From the IMG/VR virus record IMGVR_UViG_3300007633_000001: a DNA stretch of 64,000 bases; one strand, 5' to 3'. The notes under the pieces are model-generated. The model searched no databases. It was not told the DNA's origin and worked only from the letters and a program-made list of their open reading frames with translations. The position numbers and the translations under genes are program-made. The DNA comes from an uncultured virus (IMG/VR IMGVR_UViG_3300007633_000001) (lineage: Duplodnaviria > Heunggongvirae > Uroviricota > Caudoviricetes). Positions 1 through 10,572 of this stretch are shown here, piece after piece. Every line of letters begins with the position of its first letter. The stretch's first letter is position 1.

Positions 1-19
1 ATATATTCATAAAGATCAA

Positions 20-427
20 ATGGCTAGTAATTATACGAAACCAGCTTTAAGAGAAAGATTAAAGAATAAAATAATTAACAGTTCTAAAGGAGGTAAGAAG
101 GGACAATGGTCTGCTAGGAAAGCACAATTATTAAAACGAGAATATGAGAAGGCAGGTGGCGGTTATAAGGGTGGAAAGAATAGTTCACAAAAAGCTCTAT
201 CTAAATGGACCAAAGAAGACTGGGGAACTAAGTCTGGTAAGAGTAGTGTAGTAGGTAAAGATTCTACTGGTGAAAGATATTTACCTAAGAAAGCGAGAGA
301 TGCTTTATCTTCGCAAGAGTATTATAGAACTTCTGCTAAGAAGAGAAAAGCTCTTAAAGAAGGAAAACAATATTCTAAGCAACCTAAGAAAGTCGCTAGT
401 AAGACAGCTAAATATAGAAGGAAATAA
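20..427 (+). CDS. Basic DUF5872-like protein
   Basis: GGKKGQWSARKAQLL-x-EYEKAGGGYKG and W-x-KEDW/RYLPK motifs recalled for this family; very Lys-rich. Confidence 0.7.
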   Translation: MASNYTKPALRERLKNKIINSSKGGKKGQWSARKAQLLKREYEKAGGGYKGGKNSSQKALSKWTKEDWGTKSGKSSVVGKDSTGERYLPKKARDALSSQEYYRTSAKKRKALKEGKQYSKQPKKVASKTAKYRRK

Positions 428-442
428 AAGGAGGAATAAATT

Positions 443-1648
443 GTGTTTGTAATAAGAGCTTTAGAAGGTAACGAGAAATTAAGTTGGACAATTAGGAAAA
501 ACCCTGAAACCAATTTAGAGAAAGGCCCTTTTAAGTTTAAGACTAGAACTGGGGTTTATTATGGCTACTACCCTTTAATTGGAGAAGGAGAAGTAAATGT
601 CAATGAATTCCGTGTTGAGTTTAAACCTGATTTAGGACGTTCTATACAAGGAGAAGAAGAACAGTTTTCTATTAATCATATAGCCCATCCTATAACTATT
701 AAAGGTGGTATAGATAATCTTTTAAGATCAGCTTATAAGAACAGTTATGAAGAAGATGGGCCTGTAGAGATAGAATTCTATGTGTTTTCTTTTAAAGGTA
801 TTGAAAGGATAGTCACAGCCTTTGGTTTAGAAGTAGAAGATAGTCATAACTTTGCTTATAAAATTAAGCAATCCTTTTCTACTCTCTATGAAGCTCTTAA
901 TAAAGTAATTGCTTTTTCTTATATATTTGTTGAAAAGGAGACTAATAAATCTTCCATTAACAAAGCTGTTGGATGCTGTAATGCTGCAGGTATAGATTAT
1001 TATGGACGTTATCTAATAGGAAGAAACTTAGGGCAATCAGTGCTATTTAGTACAGATGAAATTAAATTTAGTGGTGGCCATACACATTATCAAAGAAGGA
1101 GAGCTGTAAGTGATTTATTAAGATCTATTTGTTCAAAGGAGCCAGGTACTACCCTAATTGATCTAGGTGCAGGTTCTTTATTTAATCTAGATAAGATTAA
1201 TAATTTATATAATACAGTTATAGCTGTAGACTATGAATTTAGTCCTAAATCTTATAAGAAAGCAGAGGAATCTAATATTGAATTAGTAGAGAGCTCAATA
1301 AAAGAATTCTTACTTTCTAATAACCCTAACCTTAATAATGCAGATATATTATTAATGGAAGTTTTAGAGCATAATACTAAAGCTCAATCAGTAGAAATAT
1401 TAAAGAGACTAATTAAGAGTAAAGTAAGGAATATTATTATTACTGTTCCTAATAGAGATTTTAATGTCAACTATTCATCACTCAAAGGGTTTAGACATGC
1501 AGATCATTTATGGGAACCTAACATCAAAGAGTTAGAAGAAGTCTTACAATTTACTTTAAGTCTAGGTTATTCTTACGAAGTTAGAGGTATAGGTGATAGA
1601 GTAAAAGCTGAATATGTTTCATTAATGGCTATATTAAATAGGAATTAA
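443..1648 (+). CDS. hen1: Hen1-type 3'-terminal RNA ribose 2'-O-methyltransferase
   Basis: SAM motif DLGAGS, metal-binding EVLEH, TVPNRDFN and FRHADHLWE (cf. FRHxDHxFEW); N-terminal LSWTIRKNP resembles the Hen1 ligase-activating domain; 4 nt upstream of pnkp. Confidence 0.88.
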   Translation: MFVIRALEGNEKLSWTIRKNPETNLEKGPFKFKTRTGVYYGYYPLIGEGEVNVNEFRVEFKPDLGRSIQGEEEQFSINHIAHPITIKGGIDNLLRSAYKNSYEEDGPVEIEFYVFSFKGIERIVTAFGLEVEDSHNFAYKIKQSFSTLYEALNKVIAFSYIFVEKETNKSSINKAVGCCNAAGIDYYGRYLIGRNLGQSVLFSTDEIKFSGGHTHYQRRRAVSDLLRSICSKEPGTTLIDLGAGSLFNLDKINNLYNTVIAVDYEFSPKSYKKAEESNIELVESSIKEFLLSNNPNLNNADILLMEVLEHNTKAQSVEILKRLIKSKVRNIIITVPNRDFNVNYSSLKGFRHADHLWEPNIKELEEVLQFTLSLGYSYEVRGIGDRVKAEYVSLMAILNRN

Positions 1649-1652
1649 AGAG

Positions 1653-3866
1653 ATGAGAGTAGAGAATAAAACAATTACTCCATATACTATTATGTGTATG
1701 GTAGCACCTACAGGTACAGGTAAAAGCTATTGGGCTGGCAGACTAAAAGAGAAATATCCAGATTTAGTAGTTATATCCTCTGATGAAGAAAGGAGACAAC
1801 TCATAGGTGATAGTCCTTATATAAATCAGGAACAAAGTCATTACAGATATTCACCTGAAATGGCTCAAGTATCGGGTCCTGCCTTCCATGTCTTAAAGGC
1901 TAAAGTTGAATCATATTGCCAATGCAGTTCTCAGCATATATTAGTAGACTCTACTGGTAGTCCAGCTACTATTGATTTAATAAAGCCTATAGCTAAAAGA
2001 TTTAATTACTCATTAGTAGCTTTAGTAATGGAATTTGCTGATAGCGGATATTATGAATATGCGATTGATAGAGATATTACTTCTAAGTCTATTAAACAGT
2101 TTAAGAGGAAGTCTCTTAGCAACCTTACTGAATTCATTCGTTTAGAGATAAAGGATAGAGATCTATTTCCTACTTTAATTAGAGAAAGTAAAGTTTATTT
2201 AAATAAGTTTTCTGTAATAGGGGATTTACATCAAGAGATAGATAAAGCTAATGAATTAATTCCTAAATTAGAAGGTACTTTAATATTCCTTGGTGATTAC
2301 TTTGATACCAAAAAGTCTGAAGCTCAAAGTCATAATTCTATACTTAAAACTTTAGACTTTCTAGAAGAACAAATATCAAAAGGGAATTATCTAATTAGGG
2401 GTAACCATGAAAATTATATTTATGGTCGTTTAACTAATAAACATAAGGCTTGTGAGATAGAACCCGAATATTTCAACTCTGTTAATCTATTCTTACAACA
2501 CGAAGATCTTAAAGAAAGGTTTATACAGCTTTATTCGTATATGCCTATTTATATAAAGGTATGTTGTGAAGGACGTGACTATTCTTTAACTCATGCACCT
2601 GTAGGTCCTAAGTATAGATGTAGACCTGGCCAGAAGGCTAATTATAAATGTTATTATCCTTCTACTGGTTTATATGACTTCTTTAGTTTTGTTAATAATG
2701 ACTCTAATGATATTTTTATATGCGGCCATGTAGCCCATAAAGGTACCCTTACACCTTATCCTAATAAATGGTTTATCGATACTGGAGCTGCTTATGGAGG
2801 TATGCTTACAGGGCTTATATGTACTAGAGATTCTCAAAAACCTAGACAAGTTGGAGAGACAGATACAGGCCTACCAACTCTTGATAAGCCTAAAGAGATA
2901 CCTATTGAATATCAATATAGGGCTCAAAGATTATTAAAAGAAGAATGTAGTTTTATCTCAGGAACTATGTCACCAGGTCCTGCTTCAGATACAGAATTAG
3001 AGCCTTTAACAAATGCTCTTAATCTATTTAAGCAGAAGGGCATTAGAGAATTAGTATTAGATACTAAGCACATGGGATCCCGTTGTAATGCTTATGTAAC
3101 TGAGGATAAAGTTATATTGAGAAGTAGAAGCGGAGTGATCCTCAATTCTATAGAAATCCCTGATACTTTGATTTCATCTTTACAGGATATACGTCGTCGT
3201 TTAAGAGCCAAATCTATTATTATAGATGGGGAGCTTATGCCATGGTCGACTTTGGGGCAAGGTTTGATTGAGCAATATTCTTCCAAATTATGGATTTATA
3301 AGAACATTGCTAATTTAGCACTCAATTCTACAGAAGGATTAGAAGAAACAGAGGAAGTGCTTTCTTACTTCTCTTCTCAAGAAGATCCTTACTTCCTACC
3401 TTTTTCTATTCTTAAAGTTGAATATGAAGATAGAATTGAATATCCAGAATGGGAATGGGATATGGTATCTATAAAAGAGAAGTTGCAAGTAGAAAAATAT
3501 ATTACTATTCCTTCTGATGACTTCGATAAAGCTTCCCAATTCTTTAATGAATTGACTGTGAACCAGCATCTTGAAGGTATTGTAATTCGTCCTTTATTAA
3601 GTAAAGATAGACATCTTATTCCTTATTTGAAAGTGAGAGGAAAAGAATATCTTCGTTTAATATATGGACCTGACTATCTTTCACAATCTAACTTGGAAAG
3701 ACTTATTAGGAATAAAAATATTCAGCATAAGTTAAATCTTAGTATTAAAGAATGGAGAGAAGGATTTAATATGATATCTTCCTCTTCTTCCGAAGATCGA
3801 CTAGCCTCTATAGTGGAATTATTAGGACATCTGGATGAGGAAAAAGCATTAGATCCTGGATTATAA
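1653..3866 (+). CDS. pnkp: Bacterial-type polynucleotide kinase-phosphatase-ligase (Pnkp)
   Basis: P-loop APTGTGKS plus DEERR; metallophosphoesterase GDLH/GDYFD/GNHE/GH/IDTG; ligase KHMGSR, IDGELMPWS, EGIVIRP, KVRGKEYLRLIYGPDY, C-terminal LDPGL. Confidence 0.93.
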   Translation: MRVENKTITPYTIMCMVAPTGTGKSYWAGRLKEKYPDLVVISSDEERRQLIGDSPYINQEQSHYRYSPEMAQVSGPAFHVLKAKVESYCQCSSQHILVDSTGSPATIDLIKPIAKRFNYSLVALVMEFADSGYYEYAIDRDITSKSIKQFKRKSLSNLTEFIRLEIKDRDLFPTLIRESKVYLNKFSVIGDLHQEIDKANELIPKLEGTLIFLGDYFDTKKSEAQSHNSILKTLDFLEEQISKGNYLIRGNHENYIYGRLTNKHKACEIEPEYFNSVNLFLQHEDLKERFIQLYSYMPIYIKVCCEGRDYSLTHAPVGPKYRCRPGQKANYKCYYPSTGLYDFFSFVNNDSNDIFICGHVAHKGTLTPYPNKWFIDTGAAYGGMLTGLICTRDSQKPRQVGETDTGLPTLDKPKEIPIEYQYRAQRLLKEECSFISGTMSPGPASDTELEPLTNALNLFKQKGIRELVLDTKHMGSRCNAYVTEDKVILRSRSGVILNSIEIPDTLISSLQDIRRRLRAKSIIIDGELMPWSTLGQGLIEQYSSKLWIYKNIANLALNSTEGLEETEEVLSYFSSQEDPYFLPFSILKVEYEDRIEYPEWEWDMVSIKEKLQVEKYITIPSDDFDKASQFFNELTVNQHLEGIVIRPLLSKDRHLIPYLKVRGKEYLRLIYGPDYLSQSNLERLIRNKNIQHKLNLSIKEWREGFNMISSSSSEDRLASIVELLGHLDEEKALDPGL

Positions 3867-4020
3867 CTTTAGTTTATAAGCCTACTTAAGATATTAAATA
3901 GGGAAGGATATAATTCTTATCCTTGTTTATCTTTATCTATACTTCTTTTATCATTAGTATTAATATACATAATAGATAAAGTAGAATAAAAATAGTAATT
4001 AGGGAGTTAATTAAAACATT

Positions 4021-4296
4021 ATGACTTTGAGAGAAGAATTAGAATCTATTAGCGATCTTTATAATATGAATTCTGAATTTGATGATTTAATTGATCAGAT
4101 AGTAAATATATTTCATAAGTTAGCTTCCAAAGGATATGGTGGGGTTGATATTAATTTAAGTACTATAGACCAAGATATACTCTCAGCTATTCTTATTCGA
4201 ATGAGAGCAGATTATGATTTGCATTATATATATACAGATTCTAGTTATCGATTTGTATGGAATGATAGTAAGCCTATAGCGAAACAAGAGCTTTAG
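4021..4296 (+). CDS. Hypothetical protein
   Basis: 91-aa ORF with upstream GGGAG. Confidence 0.6.
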   Translation: MTLREELESISDLYNMNSEFDDLIDQIVNIFHKLASKGYGGVDINLSTIDQDILSAILIRMRADYDLHYIYTDSSYRFVWNDSKPIAKQEL

Positions 4297-4324
4297 TTTT
4301 AAGCTAAATCCTCCTTTTATTTAG

Positions 4325-4375
4325 ACGCTTTATAGAGTCAACTTAGTTATAATAATTAGTTACTTTATAAAGCGT
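4325..4375 (+). terminator. Long intergenic stem-loop
   Basis: ACGCTTTATAGAGT pairs with ACTTTATAAAGCGT, followed by TTT. Confidence 0.6.
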
Positions 4376-4431
4376 TTTAATAGAAAGAGACGTATGTTCC
4401 TCACTCTCATTACTCTTTAACAATAATCCCT

Positions 4432-4890
4432 ATGTATAGCTCAGAATTAGATTATTATGTATATGAAGATAGATTAGTATTAGGAATACAGATAGGTAAT
4501 ACCTTTTTAATTGGATGTTCTTATTTCCGTATGGAATATGAAGATTCCATTATTACGGGAATGGGAATTACTCGATTGGATATAGATGAATTAAAACATA
4601 TTGCCATTATTCCAACTGAAGAACCTGGGATTTTAGTAGATAAACAGAGTTTAATAGACGCATTTCCTACTCCAATCAAAGAATCTATATTCAGACCTGA
4701 ATTGCAATTATTTATTAAGATTTATTCTTTGTGGTACTTGGAAAAGATACCATTAGAATATTTAAACTTAGCTAAGGATATATCTAAGAAGTCATTGAGA
4801 AGTTATACAACTGAAGAATCTCTCGACTTTCTTAGTAAGACTTTAAATAGTTTAGGGGTGTTGCCTTATAATCAGACAGGACAATCTTAA
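4432..4890 (+). CDS. Hypothetical protein
   Basis: 152-aa ORF; same frame as the downstream orphan DUF6745-like cassette. Confidence 0.6.
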   Translation: MYSSELDYYVYEDRLVLGIQIGNTFLIGCSYFRMEYEDSIITGMGITRLDIDELKHIAIIPTEEPGILVDKQSLIDAFPTPIKESIFRPELQLFIKIYSLWYLEKIPLEYLNLAKDISKKSLRSYTTEESLDFLSKTLNSLGVLPYNQTGQS

Positions 4891-4953
4891 TTTATTAGTT
4901 TATTGATGAAAATGAATATAGAGAGTCATATAGATATCAACCTCGTAGATTAG

Positions 4954-5082
4954 ATGTCCTATGGTGAGTTGTTGAAATGTCCATCAATGAGTAGTTATTA
5001 TATTATCTTTGTCCCTTTTGAGATTAATAATTATCTTGACGGCTTAGCTTGGGTTAATAGGGATTTTATATCTCAGTCCTAA
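4954..5082 (+). pseudogene. Orphan or degenerate DUF6745-like C-terminal cassette (42 aa, not in the ORF track)
   Basis: Translates MSYGELLKCPSMSSYYIIFVPFEINNYLDGLAWVNRDFISQS*, matching the C-termini of 5119..6864 and 7937..9943. Confidence 0.7.
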
Positions 5083-5118
5083 ATACTTTTAAATAATATA
5101 GTGATGTTAGTATGACAA

Positions 5119-6864
5119 ATGTATATTGATAAACAGAAGTTAAATGATCTTTTAGATACAGGGACGTTAGAGGATTACATATATCCTTATATCTCCGATT
5201 GTGCTCTAGGTTCTTCAACAGTTATTTTAGATAGAATTATAGCTTTCCCTTCTTTAGAAACAGAAGGAGAATCTTTAAGTATAGAGTTTATATCCAATTA
5301 CCTTGTTTCTTTAAGCACCATTAGTAAGAGAGTTTGTGAAGAACAAGACAATCTAAATATCAAATGGACCTTGATATTTAAAAATGTGGACTCGTCATTT
5401 ATAAACTTATTTGTAGATGCTTCAAATACAGTTGGATGGGGGAAGTATAATTACGCCATTCATATTAAGAATAGCGTATTACATACTAGTACTTTAAGAC
5501 ATTTTAATTTACTACAAAATCATCGGTCTAATATTTACATACATTCTTGTAAAATAGTTGGTGATTTTAATTATGAGGTTAGTGAGAATGTATATGCCAA
5601 TACTAACAATCCTATTTATCCTAAATATTTAGTAGAGGAAGAATTTGCTGGGGAGTTAGTATTTTATAATTGTTGTCTTGATAATAATCTAAGCCTATTG
5701 ACCCGATTCTCTAGAGTTTATATTAGAGATTGTACAATTAGTGATTCTAATGAGATCTTAACTATAAAAATAAAGAATATAGGTTGTGATAATTATTTCA
5801 AACGTTTTATTGTTAAAAGGGTTCAGGGTCACTGTGACATAAAATTATTCTCATTATTGGAAAGCTTACTTTTAATAGAGACTAATCTTCAACAGTTAGA
5901 CTTTTTATTAAAAGTAGAAGGTTGCTTTTTGTTAGGAGTTGAGATTACAGATACTACCAACTTATTTCAGTCTTCTTTTATAAATAGCTTAGAGGCCAGT
6001 ACTTTATCTCATGTAGATTTAGTAAACTGTAAGTTTAAAGATGACCATACTCATACCCATAGAGTAGTAGAAATTTTATCTCATTCTCTATTAGTTTCTT
6101 TGAGTATTGTTAACTCCGATTTACATAAATTACCTTTTTTACATAATACTGCCAACTTAGAAATTATAGATTTCTCTGGCAACTGTGACTTGGATTATGG
6201 ATCTTTACCAAAGTGTTATACTGCTTTAAGAGGTTGTACCTTATACTTTACCCGGAATTATGAAATAGACTTTAGTTGGACTAAAGAGATACTTTTTACA
6301 GAAGCCCAAGAGCTAACTGGTAACTCCTTATTATTTTTCATAACTTTAAGTAATGGTAATAAGATAACTTTAGCTATTGACCTTAAAGAATATAAAGAGC
6401 ATAATGGAATATTAAAATACTTGCTTTTACCCATAAATAAATGGAAATCTATTTACGATAAGCTTTTGTCAACTGATTTGGAAGTTCTAGAATCAATCTA
6501 TACTATAACTCCCGAGTCTTATTTAGAAGTTTTAATGATTCTATTTGAATTAGGAGGTATGGAACATTATCTTGAACAGTCTATTTCCAGCAATAAAGTA
6601 ACTTTAATAGACTCTGATTCGATAGAGGACAATAGATTATATAAACTTAATGTAGGAGATGATAATAAGAATAATCGCAATGAACTGGTAGAGACTTTTT
6701 CACTAACTAGATATAAGGAAGTTTTAAATGATATAACGTTTTTAACAGTTAGATGTCCTTCTACTCATAACCATCATATTCTAACAGTACCTCCTGATAC
6801 TTCTTCAGTAAAAGAAGCCCTTGAATGGATTAATAGAGAATCCAAATTAATTTCTGAATCTTAA
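5119..6864 (+). CDS. LRR-like protein with C-terminal DUF6745-like domain
   Basis: C-terminus VRCPSTHNHHILTVPPDTSSVKEALEWIN...ISES; LxxLxLxx periodicity mid-protein (LVSLSIVNSDLHKLP, LEIIDFSGN). Confidence 0.7.
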   Translation: MYIDKQKLNDLLDTGTLEDYIYPYISDCALGSSTVILDRIIAFPSLETEGESLSIEFISNYLVSLSTISKRVCEEQDNLNIKWTLIFKNVDSSFINLFVDASNTVGWGKYNYAIHIKNSVLHTSTLRHFNLLQNHRSNIYIHSCKIVGDFNYEVSENVYANTNNPIYPKYLVEEEFAGELVFYNCCLDNNLSLLTRFSRVYIRDCTISDSNEILTIKIKNIGCDNYFKRFIVKRVQGHCDIKLFSLLESLLLIETNLQQLDFLLKVEGCFLLGVEITDTTNLFQSSFINSLEASTLSHVDLVNCKFKDDHTHTHRVVEILSHSLLVSLSIVNSDLHKLPFLHNTANLEIIDFSGNCDLDYGSLPKCYTALRGCTLYFTRNYEIDFSWTKEILFTEAQELTGNSLLFFITLSNGNKITLAIDLKEYKEHNGILKYLLLPINKWKSIYDKLLSTDLEVLESIYTITPESYLEVLMILFELGGMEHYLEQSISSNKVTLIDSDSIEDNRLYKLNVGDDNKNNRNELVETFSLTRYKEVLNDITFLTVRCPSTHNHHILTVPPDTSSVKEALEWINRESKLISES

Positions 6865-6900
6865 TAACTAAGGATTATTTACTTTATTGAGAGAATAAAA

Positions 6901-7182
6901 ATGCTTTGTAAGACTAAATGTCCTAAAAAACTACAATGCGAGCCTATTAGTAATGTTATACCTGAAGATATATCTTCCATAGTTTGTACGGGGTATCCTA
7001 AATATGTAAGTGAAAAGTATCCTCAGGATATTATTAGACACTGTTTCAAAACAGAAGATAGTGATACTATGAACGATTATAGTCTTTACGATATACAGAG
7101 TGTACTATCAGTATTTAGTGAAGCTCTTTTAATACATACATTGACTAAGAGTAAAAACGTAGATCTAGCTATTGATAAGTAG
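6901..7182 (+). CDS. Cys-rich hypothetical protein
   Basis: 93-aa ORF. Confidence 0.6.
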   Translation: MLCKTKCPKKLQCEPISNVIPEDISSIVCTGYPKYVSEKYPQDIIRHCFKTEDSDTMNDYSLYDIQSVLSVFSEALLIHTLTKSKNVDLAIDK

Positions 7183-7325
7183 CTTAATACTAATATCTAT
7201 TAGTACAGAATTAAGGTATTTGTGTATTAATATCTTTGTATATTATCTAAATATCATTTTTCAATCCGTAGACATATCATCTTAAATACTTAATATAAAC
7301 TTACTAGCAGAATTTAGATTTATTT

Positions 7326-7775
7326 ATGGCTATTACAAATTCACAAGAATACACAATTGCTCAAATAATAAAGAATAATTATCCATATACTTTCCGGACT
7401 ATGAGGGATATGGATTATGATGTTCTATTTCAACACGGTACCGAAGTCATTTATTATACTGAGTACCTATTAGAGAATTATTATAATCTCTTTTACGAGT
7501 TGTGTTATAGATATATACATATTAATAATACTCATCATATACTTAGTGCGGCTTATGAAGGTGTGATTTTAGAAAGTATCCAAGAAGATAAGTATTATTT
7601 ACGTGTTACAATACAAGGTTACAATGACAAAGTCTTAATGTTTAATATTAATCCTAATAAATTTAGTGTTTACTTTACAACAAATGAAAAAGAATCTTCT
7701 CAGCAGGTATTCTTTAACTCTAGTAAATTAAAAACCACAATTACAGAATCAATCAAATGGGCTTTTACTCAGTAA
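7326..7775 (+). CDS. Hypothetical protein
   Basis: 149-aa ORF. Confidence 0.6.
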   Translation: MAITNSQEYTIAQIIKNNYPYTFRTMRDMDYDVLFQHGTEVIYYTEYLLENYYNLFYELCYRYIHINNTHHILSAAYEGVILESIQEDKYYLRVTIQGYNDKVLMFNINPNKFSVYFTTNEKESSQQVFFNSSKLKTTITESIKWAFTQ

Positions 7776-7936
7776 TTAACAATTTGATATAATATAAAGA
7801 TAACGCTTTATATTATGAGATTTTGTCTGAATGAAGTAACAAGACCCGTACCAAAACTATTGCATTGGTGCGGGTACTTTAATTAGTCAATTAATTAAAA
7901 TTACAAATAGAAAAGGTAATAAGGAGATATACATAA

Positions 7937-9943
7937 TTGGATATAACTGGAAACATAGTTAATTTTAGTGAAGGTAGTTTTAATATAGACGCTTCTATTT
8001 TACAAGAATATAAAAGAACTAATAATCAGAATTATGAAGAACTATTCTTGCAGAATCTAGCTGACACTATAGATAACGGGTTATTAGATAAGTTGAGAAA
8101 GGATAGGTATTCTTCAGGGCAGTCTAATAAAGATAATCCAATTTTAATACCTTCACCTACATTCGTTTATAGTAATTGTAATTATGTTGATCTTACGGTT
8201 GTGGAGGATGTGGTAAAGTTATTTAAAGAATTATCTGATCTAACAATTAATAGTAATTATAAAGATAATTCTTTTATTGTTGATAAAGATTCTAATAAAT
8301 CTACTTATTATTATGATTTTGTTTCTAAATATCCCATAGTATATACAGAATGGATTTATATAACTAAACCTATAAAACTTGTTTCTATTACAAATTCTGC
8401 TTATATAGATCTGATTAATAATTTAAATGAAACTACTTTGGTCGACTTTACGTTATACCATATTATTGATAGTAATCTGAGTATTGATGTATTAAACCAA
8501 TCTATTGGTCTATTCAATTTACATAATAGAACTTCGGCTAACGTTTATTTAAAACATATTAACTGTTCTTTTTTAGAAGAAGATAGATTATTTACTAATC
8601 AGATTATAGATTACAAAGAATTTGAGGATACTAATTCTTCCCAAGAACTTTTAGACTATTCATTAATTGATACACTGGAATTCACAGAATGTAACTTTTT
8701 ATTTATAAATAGCTATTCTACTTTTTATATAAACACGTACGCGCAGAGGATTCTATTCTGTGATTCTTTTTTTCTTTGTAAGGGAAATTACAATCGGATA
8801 GGTAATAGGTCTAAAAATATACAATTTAATTGTTTATATAGAAATAGATTTAAAGGAATAAGTTTTTCTAAAAAGGAGGGGTTGGATATTGAAGATACAA
8901 CAATTACTCTTACCATAAAATCCAAGTTAAACTTTTTATCTTTATCTGGTATTTATTTAGATAAATTAAATTATAGTTACCAGGTTATAAACTCAATTAC
9001 TCTTATAAATCTAAAACTTTATTCCTATGAAGTTTTTAAAGATATTAAAGAAATAGAAATACTTAGTATTTTTTATAGCCCTCCTCAGGATATATCTTTT
9101 TATGATCTAATGAGAAGATTATTTCCTAATAAGATAGTTATAAATTTCTTTTATATTAGTACTTATAAGAAAGACTTGATTGAGTTACCTTTACTACCTA
9201 ATACCATAAGAGCTAATAATATTTCAATTGAGAACACTAAGAATATCTTATTTAGTAAGTCTATCATTACTTCTTATAAAGCAAGTGTAGAAGAATCTTT
9301 ATCTTTAAGGATTTATAGAGATACTGATTATTCTAATCTTTTTAATTTTATATATGATCATGAAAAACCTAATAGAAGAATAGTTTTTAATATATTGGAT
9401 TATGGTGTTTTTGGTCTTCTTTACTTATATAATAAACAGTTTGAAGATTCTGAATTATGCATAGCTAATAGAGACTTTATTTCAACCTGTCTTAATATAA
9501 AAGATAAATGGAATTCTTTTGATCCTTTTATAAATAGAAATCAAAAGTTTTTAACTAGATACATTAGACTTTCTGTTAATAATTATTTTGTCCTTCTTTT
9601 AAACGAATCGTCTGATGATTGGTTATTTCATAAAGCTCTTGATAAATCAGCTGTAAGATGTCTCTCTAAATGGGATAATAAAGAATCTTTAGAATGGGGA
9701 GTGAATAGAATACATTATTATCAAGGACTTTATACTATTCATCTGAGAAGAGATGAAGGAGTTTTTACCTTCAATAGAGCACTAGATATTGAGAATTTAA
9801 GATTCTTATTGTTAAAATGTGATTCAACTTTCAAGCCACATATCATTCATGTACCACCTTTCAATGATTGTGTAGAAGCAATGGATTGGGTTAACTATAG
9901 TTCATTGAATACTAATGCTGTTGAGTTTATCAGTGAGTCATAA
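7937..9943 (+). CDS. Large protein with C-terminal DUF6745-like domain (paralog of 5119..6864)
   Basis: C-terminus LLKCDSTFKPHIIHVPPFNDCVEAMDWVN...FISES; AAGGAG RBS before the TTG start. Confidence 0.7.
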   Translation: MDITGNIVNFSEGSFNIDASILQEYKRTNNQNYEELFLQNLADTIDNGLLDKLRKDRYSSGQSNKDNPILIPSPTFVYSNCNYVDLTVVEDVVKLFKELSDLTINSNYKDNSFIVDKDSNKSTYYYDFVSKYPIVYTEWIYITKPIKLVSITNSAYIDLINNLNETTLVDFTLYHIIDSNLSIDVLNQSIGLFNLHNRTSANVYLKHINCSFLEEDRLFTNQIIDYKEFEDTNSSQELLDYSLIDTLEFTECNFLFINSYSTFYINTYAQRILFCDSFFLCKGNYNRIGNRSKNIQFNCLYRNRFKGISFSKKEGLDIEDTTITLTIKSKLNFLSLSGIYLDKLNYSYQVINSITLINLKLYSYEVFKDIKEIEILSIFYSPPQDISFYDLMRRLFPNKIVINFFYISTYKKDLIELPLLPNTIRANNISIENTKNILFSKSIITSYKASVEESLSLRIYRDTDYSNLFNFIYDHEKPNRRIVFNILDYGVFGLLYLYNKQFEDSELCIANRDFISTCLNIKDKWNSFDPFINRNQKFLTRYIRLSVNNYFVLLLNESSDDWLFHKALDKSAVRCLSKWDNKESLEWGVNRIHYYQGLYTIHLRRDEGVFTFNRALDIENLRFLLLKCDSTFKPHIIHVPPFNDCVEAMDWVNYSSLNTNAVEFISES

Positions 9944-10074
9944 ATTATCCGACTCTAAGGTAAGGGTATAATAAGGGCCTTCCTGGCGTTGGGTACTTCA
10001 CTACAATACATTTCATTTCAAGTTTGATAGTTTTAGATAAAGGGCTTTAAATTATTTAGTTTAAGCATTTAAGT

Positions 10075-10572
10075 ATGATTATACTACCGGGAAGAGTTAT
10101 AGAGATTATTTTTGATTCTGGTCAATGGTTATTAGAAGAGTGTATAGAGGAAAGGGATGAGGAAATAGAAGGATATAAGGATAGTACATCAAAAACATTA
10201 GGTTCTAACAAACGAGATTTTAATAACACTAATAGGATTAAATATTTCGATAAAGATGGATTTATTGTATATAGTATTATTCAAGAAGTATTTAGATATA
10301 ACAATTATGGATGCCAACTAAGTTTAGCTACATCAAATTCTTTTACACCATATACCTTATATTTATCGGAAGGAACCAAAGAGATTAGTACAAAGGAAAT
10401 ATCTTTCAAAATAGATAGTTTATTTATAAGTGAAGAAGAATGTAGAAAGTATTTTAATAATACATTTAGAAGTTCTTTACCAATAGAGGCAGTTGTAACT
10501 CTATTATTAATTACTGAGGATGCTCTTCCTACAATGGACAGAAAGAAAGTTAATGTGTTAATTAGAGATTAG
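10075..10572 (+). CDS. Hypothetical protein
   Basis: 165-aa ORF. Confidence 0.6.
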   Translation: MIILPGRVIEIIFDSGQWLLEECIEERDEEIEGYKDSTSKTLGSNKRDFNNTNRIKYFDKDGFIVYSIIQEVFRYNNYGCQLSLATSNSFTPYTLYLSEGTKEISTKEISFKIDSLFISEEECRKYFNNTFRSSLPIEAVVTLLLITEDALPTMDRKKVNVLIRD

